DNA of 64,000 bases from a candidate division WOR-3 bacterium UBA3073 (GTDB lineage: Bacteria; Hydrothermota; UBA3073): positions 4,910 to 68,909 of the forward strand of contig DFBT01000095.1 in NCBI GenBank assembly GCA_002366725.1. Direction: 5' to 3'. The position numbers and the translations under genes are program-made. Shown in pieces: positions 21,984 to 31,918 of the stretch (position 1 is its first letter; each line of letters begins with the position of its first letter). Below the pieces are notes generated by a model. The model was not told where the DNA came from and made no database searches. It saw only the letters and a program-made list of their open reading frames with translations.

Positions 21984-23018
21984 TCATTTTACTAAGTTGT
22001 GATATATTTCTTCAAGTTTTTGCATATTATCTTCAAATATGGCTTTCTCTCTTACAATCTCCTTATTTATTCTGGCAACCGATTCTCTTAAGGCAGATTG
22101 TCTTATAGCCTTTATTATACTGTCTGCAAGTTTATGGACATCTCTAGGAGATACCAGATAACCATTATATTCATTTTTTATCCATTCACGATTGGCTGGT
22201 ATATCTGAAACAATTGGAAACAACCCAAGTGCCATCGCCTCAAGCAGAGAAACAGAGGATGCATCTGATGAAGGAACTGAGACAAATATATCAAAATTCG
22301 TCATATAATCTATAATTTTGTTATGGGGCATTGACGGAAGAAATTCTATGTTTTCATCTTTATATAAGAGTTTTGGATTCTGGGATGTATCTCCAACTAC
22401 AACGAGTCTGCTAGAGGGCAGGACCTTCTTAACCAATTTATATGCTTCTATTATTATATCTATATTGTAATTGGGTTTCAAACTACGATAACTCAGTATA
22501 AGGGAATTCCCATCCTTTTTTCTATTTAAAAGTAGTGACGAATCCACACCAAATAGTACCTTTTTTATCTTTGTAGCAGGATAATACATATCTATTATTT
22601 TTCTTTTAACTATATCTGCATCGGCGGTTACGAAATCTGCTTTTTTTAATGTATATCTTAATTTTTTTCTTGCTCGCAATGATTTTTGGGGATTAACCAA
22701 GACATCAGAGCCCAGCGCTGTTGCAACGAATGGATGAAATCCAGTTAGAGATGCATAAAAAGCGCAGCTGGTGAGAGTTATACCATGCAAAATATCAGGT
22801 TTTATTTTGTAGATTAACCACTTTATATAACCAAAATTCAACAGGATTGTATCAAAACTATGAAAGTAAGGTATTTTATAAATACTGACTCCTTCTATCT
22901 CGTCGTGGTTATAAGTAGCAGCAGTAATGAGAGAGGTCTCATAACCCTTTTGGGCAAAATATCTTAACCAGCGAAAGGTATGAATATTCTTAAGGTCTGC
23001 GAAAAAACATATTCTCAT
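21984..23018 (-). CDS. Glycosyltransferase family 4
   Basis: 344 aa GT-B; 'VVVGDTSQNPKLL...LLEAMALGLFPIVSDIPANREWI'. Confidence 0.75.
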   Translation of the reverse strand: MRICFFADLKNIHTFRWLRYFAQKGYETSLITAATYNHDEIEGVSIYKIPYFHSFDTILLNFGYIKWLIYKIKPDILHGITLTSCAFYASLTGFHPFVATALGSDVLVNPQKSLRARKKLRYTLKKADFVTADADIVKRKIIDMYYPATKIKKVLFGVDSSLLLNRKKDGNSLILSYRSLKPNYNIDIIIEAYKLVKKVLPSSRLVVVGDTSQNPKLLYKDENIEFLPSMPHNKIIDYMTNFDIFVSVPSSDASSVSLLEAMALGLFPIVSDIPANREWIKNEYNGYLVSPRDVHKLADSIIKAIRQSALRESVARINKEIVREKAIFEDNMQKLEEIYHNLVK

Positions 23019-25165
23019 AAACCCACCTTCTGAATAATTATCCTATCCCCCTCTGTAAAATTGTGATTAAAAATCAGAGTGGAACCATGTGCATGTGAGC
23101 TTTGCATAGTAATGCCGTTTCCGGAATCTATAAGTATCGAATATTCTTTTCCATTTTCTATCCTGAACCTCTCGTCTTCTATTATTATCTTTGACGCTGA
23201 ACCTTCCAGTAAATTAAAAGTTATCTCATCGTTACTGTATTCTTCAAGCAAAATTCTAACTGGTATACAATTATGCTCTAGTGAAACAGGGAGTTTCTCT
23301 ACAAGAGCTATCCCATTTCTGGGTAGTGCAATTTCAATGTTTATACTATCAGTGTCAAGAAAGGTTATTGACTTATCATAAAAGAGATTACCACTTTTAT
23401 CACAAATCCAAACGCGACCAATATTATTATCTTGCCATCCGAATCTCCCCGACTTATTAGTGATAATTTTATTGTCTCCTATAATGAAGCCAGCATGTAA
23501 TTCTAAAGGAGTAATAGGAAAAAGTGTATTTAGTATATTTTTGCTGTCATTCCATGAACCATAGTAATAATAAAGAAGTCCTTGATCAAGTTTTGCTTTT
23601 ATATCTTCCATAATTTGCTTGTCAGTACGCATCTCGACCGGGAGCTTATAACGAGGATATCCTAGTCCTATAGGAGTAGTGAGATGTGCTTTCGGACAGT
23701 TTCTACAATAAGTTTCGGGCAGAGATGTCTCAACGAATCTGAAGACATCTAATTTCTGCATCGTTGATGTAGCGGGAGCCGTGTTTGCAACACAGATACC
23801 ACCTTTAGAAATTACCCTATCTACCAACTTCTGGCATGCATCCTGTGTGATGAATCCAAGATCTGACATCTTTCTTTTTACGGTATGAGTTATAGTGTCG
23901 ATCTCAACTGTATGCCCATCCCATCTGTCATAAGTGTATCTTGCGGGATCTCTCCTGAAGGCAAAACTGAACTCGTCAAAATAGATACCATCCGTGCCTA
24001 TACTATCCATGCAAAAATCTACTTCGTCCTGTAATTTTTTCAAAAAACTGTTGCCAGTCATTGGATAATAATAATAAATCCTCCATCCGTTGTTAAACCT
24101 CTCTTTGAAAAAAATCTTTGAGTAGTACTCCGAAAAGATATGCTTTCCATTCTTTGTAATTGTTCTTGAGTCTTTATATGGCACATCCTGTGTATTTAAA
24201 CTAACCATAGCGGGATGTATCTTCCCGATGACTTTGATGTCGGGATTCACCTTATGTATTTTGTCAATCGCCTTCTGCATCAATATACAGAATTCTTCTT
24301 TTGTTAAGCCGTCAACCGTCTCGTAATAATTTAACCACGGACTCAAGGCAATAATCTTTATACTTTGTGAATTTAACAGGTTTGCAAGTTGAGTTTCAGA
24401 CATACTTTCTACAGTTTTCGCCGATAAAAAATTAAACGGTCCATCAATTTTTAGGTTAACATCCCAATCTGTTCTCAATTGATTGACGAAGTCATAATAA
24501 TCGTTAGAATTCAATGGGTATATAGACCAACAAAGCGTATAGGAACTATCTTTTCCAAGTCCAAATTGGTCAGTTTTTAATTCCGCCACACCATTCCCAT
24601 AAGATATTTTTGATTGAAGCCTGTATATGTCATCCTCTATAACCAATCCCATACCACATTCATCGAAGCCAAAGAAAATTGTGGGGTTTTCTGCACAACA
24701 TAGTATCTCTGAAAATGAATCAGCAGGATTACCAGAAAGCCTAACAGATACAGGTTTTGCCTTGGGGTTTGCGAGATTGGTTATAATACAACCCAATATG
24801 TCTTTTCTTCTATTCTCAATTCTGTCAGCAACACAAATTCTATTATCCAATAATGCGATCGTTCTAACTATTTTGTAGTACCTACCAAAAGCAGTGACCG
24901 TAAATTTCTTCTCATTTATCTTCTTTATACTCACACTCCAGTCTTTTTCTTCCCCTTTGGGCTCGCCGATGGTGAGGCAATTCCATCCACCTGGATAGGA
25001 TATTTTCTGCTCAAAAGAGACCACAAAATCATTTACCGTAACCTCGAATCCACCAAAATCAGTGAGGATAAAATTATAATTTTTGCATTTGCTCATCAGT
25101 TCATCCGAACCCGCTCTCGCAGATATAATAGAAAGCAGAAAAATTATATACAGTTTTTTATTCAT
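23015..25165 (-). CDS. Large secreted hypothetical protein in glycan locus (possibly polysaccharide-active hydrolase-like)
   Basis: Signal peptide 'MNKKLYIIFLLSIISARAG', 716 aa, no family recognised by eye. Confidence 0.5.
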   Translation of the reverse strand: MNKKLYIIFLLSIISARAGSDELMSKCKNYNFILTDFGGFEVTVNDFVVSFEQKISYPGGWNCLTIGEPKGEEKDWSVSIKKINEKKFTVTAFGRYYKIVRTIALLDNRICVADRIENRRKDILGCIITNLANPKAKPVSVRLSGNPADSFSEILCCAENPTIFFGFDECGMGLVIEDDIYRLQSKISYGNGVAELKTDQFGLGKDSSYTLCWSIYPLNSNDYYDFVNQLRTDWDVNLKIDGPFNFLSAKTVESMSETQLANLLNSQSIKIIALSPWLNYYETVDGLTKEEFCILMQKAIDKIHKVNPDIKVIGKIHPAMVSLNTQDVPYKDSRTITKNGKHIFSEYYSKIFFKERFNNGWRIYYYYPMTGNSFLKKLQDEVDFCMDSIGTDGIYFDEFSFAFRRDPARYTYDRWDGHTVEIDTITHTVKRKMSDLGFITQDACQKLVDRVISKGGICVANTAPATSTMQKLDVFRFVETSLPETYCRNCPKAHLTTPIGLGYPRYKLPVEMRTDKQIMEDIKAKLDQGLLYYYYGSWNDSKNILNTLFPITPLELHAGFIIGDNKIITNKSGRFGWQDNNIGRVWICDKSGNLFYDKSITFLDTDSINIEIALPRNGIALVEKLPVSLEHNCIPVRILLEEYSNDEITFNLLEGSASKIIIEDERFRIENGKEYSILIDSGNGITMQSSHAHGSTLIFNHNFTEGDRIIIQKVGL

Positions 25166-25730
25166 TTATTTTCCTTATAACCCTTGCGGGTACACCAACA
25201 GCCACTGAATATGGTGGTATATCACTATTTACGAGGGCATTTGCCCCTATGACTGCGCATTCTCCAATACTAACCCCGGGCATTATAGTAGTACAAGCAC
25301 CAATCCATGCTCCCCTTCCCACCCTTATCTTCCCAGTTTTTCTTTTGAAATATCTCCTTAAGAGTCTCTCCCCTGGGTCTGAATGTGTTAAAAAAGTCAC
25401 CTTTGCAGAGATTACGCCCTCGATTTCAATAATCACGGGTTCTACGAGGTCGAAGAAGACATTCTTACCGATGTAACACCTGTCTCCTATCACAAGATTT
25501 GAATAATCCTTTGTTATCGCATTATCTATTATAATGGCGGTGGAGATATTAACTTTTTCACCAATTTTTGCACCAAATCTTACAAGTACATTTCTCACAA
25601 CCTGTTTTGGCAATCTTCCAATGTAATTAGATAGGTGGTCAATCCCGAAGATTCTGTATATAAAGACCGCCTTTATAATGATGGGGAAAAGTACCAACGC
25701 CTTTCCAGATTTTCTAAACAGCTTCTTCAT
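25158..25730 (-). CDS. Hexapeptide-repeat (LbH) sugar O/N-acetyltransferase
   Basis: Left-handed beta-helix repeats 'IGDRCYIGKNVFF', 'VGRGAWIGACTTIMPGVSIGECAVIGANALV'; 190 aa. Confidence 0.8.
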   Translation of the reverse strand: MKKLFRKSGKALVLFPIIIKAVFIYRIFGIDHLSNYIGRLPKQVVRNVLVRFGAKIGEKVNISTAIIIDNAITKDYSNLVIGDRCYIGKNVFFDLVEPVIIEIEGVISAKVTFLTHSDPGERLLRRYFKRKTGKIRVGRGAWIGACTTIMPGVSIGECAVIGANALVNSDIPPYSVAVGVPARVIRKINE

Positions 25731-28690
25731 TTTATCAATACAATCTTAAACCTGTCGATTATAGACTCGGTTCTGACGATGCAAAAATAACACCCGCAGG
25801 GAAGAAGTGTTCCGTCGAAACCCCTGCCGTCCCAGGATTGAAGAGCATCTCCTCCCTTAAACACGCCCACTCTTCTTCCAGATAAGTCATAGACGGATGT
25901 ACATGCGTTTGGAGCATAAATGAAAACCCTTTTTTCCTTACTGATGTTGAATGGATTTGGAAATGGTTTCCCGGATATGTTTACTGGTGGTATGGAATCC
26001 TCTTCGCTGATAACGAAGAAGTATTTCTGAGACGGAGTTCTGTCTATATTACCGTCCAAGTCTCTTGCCTTCACTCTAAAGCAGTGCAGACCGGGGAGGA
26101 GATTCTGGTAACTTATTTCTGTTGCATTACTGAAAGGGAAAGGGCTCTCCCCATCCAATGAGTAACTGAATTTCAGATCTATATCATTATTATCTGTCCC
26201 CGTCCATATGAACTTAATTTCTTTGCTTGGATGAACTTCATCGGGTGGACTCTCTAAAAGATATGTATTGGGATGCTCCTCATTGGTGGCAAAATAGAGA
26301 TTGTGAGATGAATCTGGTGATGGATCAAACCAGAATATACGGTCGTCATCGGAAATCTTGTAGTCCGAAATAGGAATTCCGTCAATATAGATGTCCTTTA
26401 TAGCTTCATCTTTTGTAATAAAGGAAAAGCCATTGGAAGCCTCTTTGGTGTAAATTTTGTAAAGGCCATCATCCTGCGGGACTATTTCTACACTTGATGT
26501 AGAGATGAGATAGTCCGCAAATTGGGAGAGAGTTGGAACCCACAATTCCCCCTCTGTTTGCCTGGAAGATATATCGGACAGATAACCATTGAATACAGAG
26601 TCTATCTCCCATCCTTCTGTGTAATTCCCGTGGGTAACTATTCTCACGGATACATTCGTTGTAAGAGGGGGATAGTCGAGTGGCTCTCTGCCGCTCACTA
26701 TTTTTCTTTGCCATTCCCCGCCGAGGTTAGTACCAATGTATAGATAATCACCATCTAGATAGTTTCCATCATCGTCGTAGTATTGAATTCCGATGGAGCC
26801 AATAAAACCTCTCAGGAATACAGAGAATATAAGGTGCCTTTCTCTATCAAAATTGAGAAATGAGCTATTTATCTGGTAATTATTGCCAGTTGCGGTGAAC
26901 ATTGCACAATAATTACCAAGCTTGGGATACGAGTTTACAATAGTAGTGTAACCCCCGTGTGATTCAAAATATCCAGAGAGGTCGCCCGTCTCAAAACTTG
27001 GATTTATAAGTAAGTTTATCGTGGTATCAAAGGAACTTGCACTGTCCCCGTATTCTAATTGCAACCCGTCGGCAAAACCAACCCCAACTGTATCGATCCG
27101 TATTAGATAATGAGGGGCAATGGGCCTGGTCTTCTGGAGTGCGAAGTAGTGATGAGATACATGGACTCCTCTCTCATCTATCAATTTATCAAGTTTCTCT
27201 GGCGTGTAGTACTTCTCAAGATCTCCGTGTGTATAACAGGACACGGTTGTCCAAAAATATATTCTTTTTTCATCCCCTGTATTATCGTCAATATTATTGT
27301 TGTAGAAGAGAATTGGTTGGTGGCACTCTGTTTTCGCGGGAATCAATAAATTGCCGTCTTCTCCCGTATACCAACTGACATTTGGTCTTGGTGGTAAATA
27401 TTGCATTTCATTGAGATCTATGTATGCCCACGCATATTTGTAATCGTACTTTTCCATGATATCCACGATGTAATATTTGTTCAATCTGTTCCATCCAAAA
27501 TGCGCCAGATCTTCCAGGTTAGATGCACCCCTGTGGTCGATCCAATTTCTTGAATTATATTGTTGGAGGTAAGAAAATCCTTCTTCTATGACTTCTCTTG
27601 AATCCGTTTCATTTGTGATCGTATGTGGCATTATCTCAACCCCATCGTTGTAAAGTCTGTCACATAGAACCATATATGTGGGATTGTCAAGGCCATCGGT
27701 TCCATTGTAGGCAGAGGAACTTTCTAACCAGACAGACTTGGTATAAGTGAGTCTGTCCCCCAATATCCCACCCTTACCATAAAAACCTGACAGCGTGTCT
27801 GAAGTTCCGTAGGCAATAGCATTTGTTGTGGCAATATCCGAACAGTCAGTATGTTCAGTAAATACCAGTGTGGCATCATATCCATAAGGCTGTCTGAATT
27901 TTGCTACTATTTTTCCTTTCCTTCCAATGGAGAGGACAGCATAATATGTTGCCGTATCACCGACAACTCTCGTAGTTTTTGATAAATCGACTTTGGTATT
28001 ATAGTCTCCATAGAATGGAAAGTAGAAATGAGGATGATTGACGATATCATCAAATACAAGTCTAACTTCTGTATCCTGTGAATCTGGAATGACCTCCATA
28101 GACTGGGTATTGTCACATCCAATAAAAGAGACACTTTTGGGTCCTTCACCGAGGAGAACCACTTTTGGAGTCCACGAGTCTGTCACATATGTTTTTCCTC
28201 CCTGTATATTGTTAAGCCTTTCGTCCCTTGTCATAACTTTTCCTTCGCTTCCCATCAAGTGGAAAGCGAGATACTCATAAAGCGGATAGATGATGTTCCC
28301 ATAAACAATTTTACTTTGTAGTCTCAGATACGGGCTTTCCTTTCTGAGTGTGTAAGCGAAGTTTATCTCTACATCTTGAAGGTGCTCTGCGTAAGAGAGG
28401 GTGACTTTATTACCGAGCATATCTATGTGTATTTCTTGTGGATTTCCACTTTGTATTTCCCATCCTCTATAGTTCGCAACAAATTCAGGAAAACCTCTTA
28501 TTAGTAAATCCCCTTCAGTGGAGTAGACCTCCATATCACCTGCGGGGGTGATCACAACACTATAGTAATCGCACGAAATCTCTATAATACCGTTTGCATC
28601 TTTAACAAATGGAGCAATACCTTGGCACTCTGACACAAAGGATATAGCAAACAAGAGCAAGAAAAATTGCATTCCCATAAATTCAAACAT
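25727..28690 (-). CDS. Large secreted protein with T9SS-type C-terminal sorting domain (Por_Secre_tail/FlgD-Ig-like)
   Basis: Signal peptide 'MQFFLLLFAISFVSECQG'; C-term 'PFPNPFNISKEKRVFIYAPNACTSVYDLSGRRVGVFKGG...WDGRGFDGTLLPCGCYFCIV' matches T9SS CTD pattern; 987 aa. Confidence 0.65.
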   Translation of the reverse strand: MFEFMGMQFFLLLFAISFVSECQGIAPFVKDANGIIEISCDYYSVVITPAGDMEVYSTEGDLLIRGFPEFVANYRGWEIQSGNPQEIHIDMLGNKVTLSYAEHLQDVEINFAYTLRKESPYLRLQSKIVYGNIIYPLYEYLAFHLMGSEGKVMTRDERLNNIQGGKTYVTDSWTPKVVLLGEGPKSVSFIGCDNTQSMEVIPDSQDTEVRLVFDDIVNHPHFYFPFYGDYNTKVDLSKTTRVVGDTATYYAVLSIGRKGKIVAKFRQPYGYDATLVFTEHTDCSDIATTNAIAYGTSDTLSGFYGKGGILGDRLTYTKSVWLESSSAYNGTDGLDNPTYMVLCDRLYNDGVEIMPHTITNETDSREVIEEGFSYLQQYNSRNWIDHRGASNLEDLAHFGWNRLNKYYIVDIMEKYDYKYAWAYIDLNEMQYLPPRPNVSWYTGEDGNLLIPAKTECHQPILFYNNNIDDNTGDEKRIYFWTTVSCYTHGDLEKYYTPEKLDKLIDERGVHVSHHYFALQKTRPIAPHYLIRIDTVGVGFADGLQLEYGDSASSFDTTINLLINPSFETGDLSGYFESHGGYTTIVNSYPKLGNYCAMFTATGNNYQINSSFLNFDRERHLIFSVFLRGFIGSIGIQYYDDDGNYLDGDYLYIGTNLGGEWQRKIVSGREPLDYPPLTTNVSVRIVTHGNYTEGWEIDSVFNGYLSDISSRQTEGELWVPTLSQFADYLISTSSVEIVPQDDGLYKIYTKEASNGFSFITKDEAIKDIYIDGIPISDYKISDDDRIFWFDPSPDSSHNLYFATNEEHPNTYLLESPPDEVHPSKEIKFIWTGTDNNDIDLKFSYSLDGESPFPFSNATEISYQNLLPGLHCFRVKARDLDGNIDRTPSQKYFFVISEEDSIPPVNISGKPFPNPFNISKEKRVFIYAPNACTSVYDLSGRRVGVFKGGDALQSWDGRGFDGTLLPCGCYFCIVRTESIIDRFKIVLIK

Positions 28691-30155
28691 ATTTACGAGC
28701 TAAAAATAAAGAAGGTAATGATTTCAATGCAATTCTGTCCTCTTTTGTAAGCAACAGAGTAAGCATAAAAAATAGACAACTACCCAACAGGATGCTCCCG
28801 AGTAAATATGGATTTATAAAATGTATGCCTATCTTAAACAAAGCTATAGATGCGATGGCAATCCCCAAGAGTTTTAAAAACCATCCAACGTCTATTTTTA
28901 CAAACATTTTTTTCGCTACAAGCACGAGATTTACAATTGCGCCCGAAGATAAAGATATACTTGTAGCTATTGCTGCACCTGTAATTCCTATTCTTGGTAT
29001 CAATAAGAGGTCGAAGAGAGCATTGATCATCAGCATAAAAGTAGTTAACTTAAGGACGAGGTCAGGTCTTCCTATTCCAGTCAATGATGCGCCAATTGGC
29101 TGAGCAATACCACCTCTTATTACCGTTCCAATTAAAAGTATCTGCAAAGGTACAAAAGAAATGGCAAAATCTTCTCTAAATAGAGATACCATTATATAAT
29201 TGCCGAAGAAAAAAACCCCGAGTCCGATGAACACCAGAATTAGACTGGAATATTTTATAGATTTATTAATCATACTGTTTAATGCAATAAGGTTTTGCTT
29301 ACCCCAGTATTCCGATGTAGCGGGGTATGTAATCCTCTGGATAGATGAAGGGATTAACCAGAAAAATCTACTCAAACTTGCCGCTGCGGCATAGTATCCT
29401 ACGTCCGAAGGTAGCAGGAAAAGGCCGATGAGAATGATGTCTAATTGTTTATTTAGTGTATTTATTGCATCCGCTCCGAGAATCTGTACGCCAAATTTGG
29501 ATAGACTTGCTGCGGTTAGAAAAAAGCCACGAAATACAAGTTTAAAATATCTCCTACTGATCCATATTAAAAAGAAACAACTCAAAATTTCAGAAAGCGT
29601 TAGTCCTATAGCCGCTCCTCTTGCTCCAAAGTCATAATATAATATGAGGGTCGTTGTAATAACCACGGTTAAAATGCCTCTTATGATTATTACTGTGGCA
29701 TATTTCTTCATCTCCCGGTACCCATTTAATAAACCGAGTAGGGTACTGTTAATGAGGGCAAACGGAAAGATAACGGAAAGTATCTTTACTAATTCTCGTA
29801 ATTGTGGCATCTTAAATATATCCGCAATTATTCCGGAGAGGGAAAAGAATAGAGCAGAGAACACAATACCAGAAAAGAGTACAATAATAATGCTACAGGA
29901 GACGAGCTCATTTATTTTATCTTTGTTATCTCTAAATTCAGCGACATATTTGATTATTGCGGATGGTATACCAATTGCAGCCAATAGGATTATAATCCCG
30001 TATATTGTGATAGCCATCCGATATAATCCAAGCTCTTCTGCGCCAACCCATTTACCCAAAATGACAGTGATGACAAATGCTAATACCGCCTGGGATGCAC
30101 TCGCAGCAAAAGTTACACTTACATCGGATACAAATTTTTGGGATTTTTCGAGCAT
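28683..30155 (-). CDS. wzx: Oligosaccharide/polysaccharide flippase (Wzx, MOP/MATE-like superfamily)
   Basis: ~12-14 TM helices, 490 aa, position in glycan locus. Confidence 0.8.
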   Translation of the reverse strand: MLEKSQKFVSDVSVTFAASASQAVLAFVITVILGKWVGAEELGLYRMAITIYGIIILLAAIGIPSAIIKYVAEFRDNKDKINELVSCSIIIVLFSGIVFSALFFSLSGIIADIFKMPQLRELVKILSVIFPFALINSTLLGLLNGYREMKKYATVIIIRGILTVVITTTLILYYDFGARGAAIGLTLSEILSCFFLIWISRRYFKLVFRGFFLTAASLSKFGVQILGADAINTLNKQLDIILIGLFLLPSDVGYYAAAASLSRFFWLIPSSIQRITYPATSEYWGKQNLIALNSMINKSIKYSSLILVFIGLGVFFFGNYIMVSLFREDFAISFVPLQILLIGTVIRGGIAQPIGASLTGIGRPDLVLKLTTFMLMINALFDLLLIPRIGITGAAIATSISLSSGAIVNLVLVAKKMFVKIDVGWFLKLLGIAIASIALFKIGIHFINPYLLGSILLGSCLFFMLTLLLTKEDRIALKSLPSLFLARKYV

Positions 30156-31612
30156 AGTAGTTTTTTTCTCTCCTCAACAAAAAGGGTAGTTATAACCGCA
30201 AACAAGGTAAAGAGAATAATAGTAAAACTGTTCATTGTTGTTACCGGATAATATCTTATTATATGAGATAATTCAACCCCTGTTGTCATACCGTAAACAC
30301 AGTATCCTATCAAAGATACGGTAATTATAAATGCGATATTTCTATGTAACTTATTTTTGCTGTTCTTGAATATCCACCAGCACATTCTGAATTGAAGAAA
30401 AAACAATATAATGAATATAATCATCGTTAGCACTCCAAATTCAGTGCCAACGCTCAAAAATATATTATGTGAAGCCCCCATCGGAATTATATGGAGGGGT
30501 TTGAACTGTTCCCAGGCATAATCAAAGTTTCCCCCTCCGAGTCCAAATGGATATATTTTAAAGACCTTGAGAGAGACTATCCACGCTTCAAGCCTTGCAC
30601 CCGCGCTTGAGATGAGTACATTTGGGCCGGGTTCCGAAAACCGCATAAAGAGGATGAGAAGCTGTTGTCTGAACGCCAGAAAAGCTATTGAAATTAATCC
30701 CGGTATAGGATAAATGTATTTTCTACCACTTCTGTAAAAGAGCAAAAGTATCAGAATTTCTATTGCAAGGGCAATCTGGAGTCCCCTTGTAAAAGAGGTA
30801 ATTGCAGATATAAACATCATAAACATGACTCCAACTGATATTATTCGTTGTATTTTATTTTCACTATTAACGGCGAATAGAAACGTAAGAGGAAATACCA
30901 AAACAGCAGCAACTCCATACAGATTTATTCCACGAAAGCCAAAACCAAGAGAACCACCTCTCGTACTTAGGAAAAGCGATAAATTACCCCTTATCGATTG
31001 CATAAAATAGAATCCCACAACACACCCGATGCACATAGAAAGAACAATACTAAAGAGTAACCATTTGATCTTACTCTCGCTCGTTAGTGCATTTCTCAAT
31101 AGGAAGTAAAAGAGCACAGGCTCAATCACTGCGGTTACATATACCGTAGAAGACCTACTTAAAGGTGTTCCGATATAGTATGAACTCAATATGGATAAAA
31201 ATGCAAAAATGACAAGAAGGATTAATACTCCATCTATGTGTGGACAAGAAAACTTTTCGGTATTCTCATTCTTAATTACGGTCCCGAAAAAGAAGATTGC
31301 AAATAGGGACCATATAAAACACGACATTGGCGTTAAGGCAATTGGACCTGCTGACAAAGCCAATTTTTTCGCCGCCATATTTAAAAACGGAATCAATAAA
31401 ATAAGAATAAAGGTTCCCAAAAGGATATTTTGCATGGCAAGCAAAATAAAAAAAACGGGAAGGGCAATTGACACACAGTACATCGCACAGGAAAGGAGGG
31501 AAGTACCTATGAATACGGGTAATAGTAGCAAAATTTCGGAAGCAACAGCTATCGTTAAAAAGATATATATCTTTTTATAGTTGTCAAATGGTATGATATT
31601 AGAAGGCATCAT
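30119..31612 (-). CDS. O-antigen ligase/polymerase-like integral membrane protein (Wzy-like)
   Basis: 497 aa, >10 TM helices with large periplasmic loop, adjacent to wzx. Confidence 0.6.
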   Translation of the reverse strand: MMPSNIIPFDNYKKIYIFLTIAVASEILLLLPVFIGTSLLSCAMYCVSIALPVFFILLAMQNILLGTFILILLIPFLNMAAKKLALSAGPIALTPMSCFIWSLFAIFFFGTVIKNENTEKFSCPHIDGVLILLVIFAFLSILSSYYIGTPLSRSSTVYVTAVIEPVLFYFLLRNALTSESKIKWLLFSIVLSMCIGCVVGFYFMQSIRGNLSLFLSTRGGSLGFGFRGINLYGVAAVLVFPLTFLFAVNSENKIQRIISVGVMFMMFISAITSFTRGLQIALAIEILILLLFYRSGRKYIYPIPGLISIAFLAFRQQLLILFMRFSEPGPNVLISSAGARLEAWIVSLKVFKIYPFGLGGGNFDYAWEQFKPLHIIPMGASHNIFLSVGTEFGVLTMIIFIILFFLQFRMCWWIFKNSKNKLHRNIAFIITVSLIGYCVYGMTTGVELSHIIRYYPVTTMNSFTIILFTLFAVITTLFVEERKKLLCSKNPKNLYPM

Positions 31613-31772
31613 TTCTCATTCAGTATAAAAAATGCCAGGCAGAGGCCTGGCTTAATTGCTGTACTACAGGTATACGCGGGTATACGCCAATAGGTAACTA
31701 TTACTGTAGTTTTCTACCAGGTCGCATACCCTTATGCCCTATAGGCACCCCCGGGTAAAATTGAAAATTAAA

Positions 31773-31792
31773 CCTGCCTGCCGGTAGGCAGG
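31773..31792. repeat. 20-bp palindrome CCTGCCTGCCGGTAGGCAGG
   Basis: Downstream of ftcD, preceded by 'ttgaaaattaaa'. Confidence 0.85.
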
Positions 31793-31918
31793 AATCAAAA
31801 TGCAAAATGAGTTATCTTTCACCTAACACCTATCACCTAAATTATACACCCGATTTTTCAAAATGTCAAGAAAAAAATTATCAGTGAATAGTGAATGCCT
31901 GATAGCCCAATACCCCCA

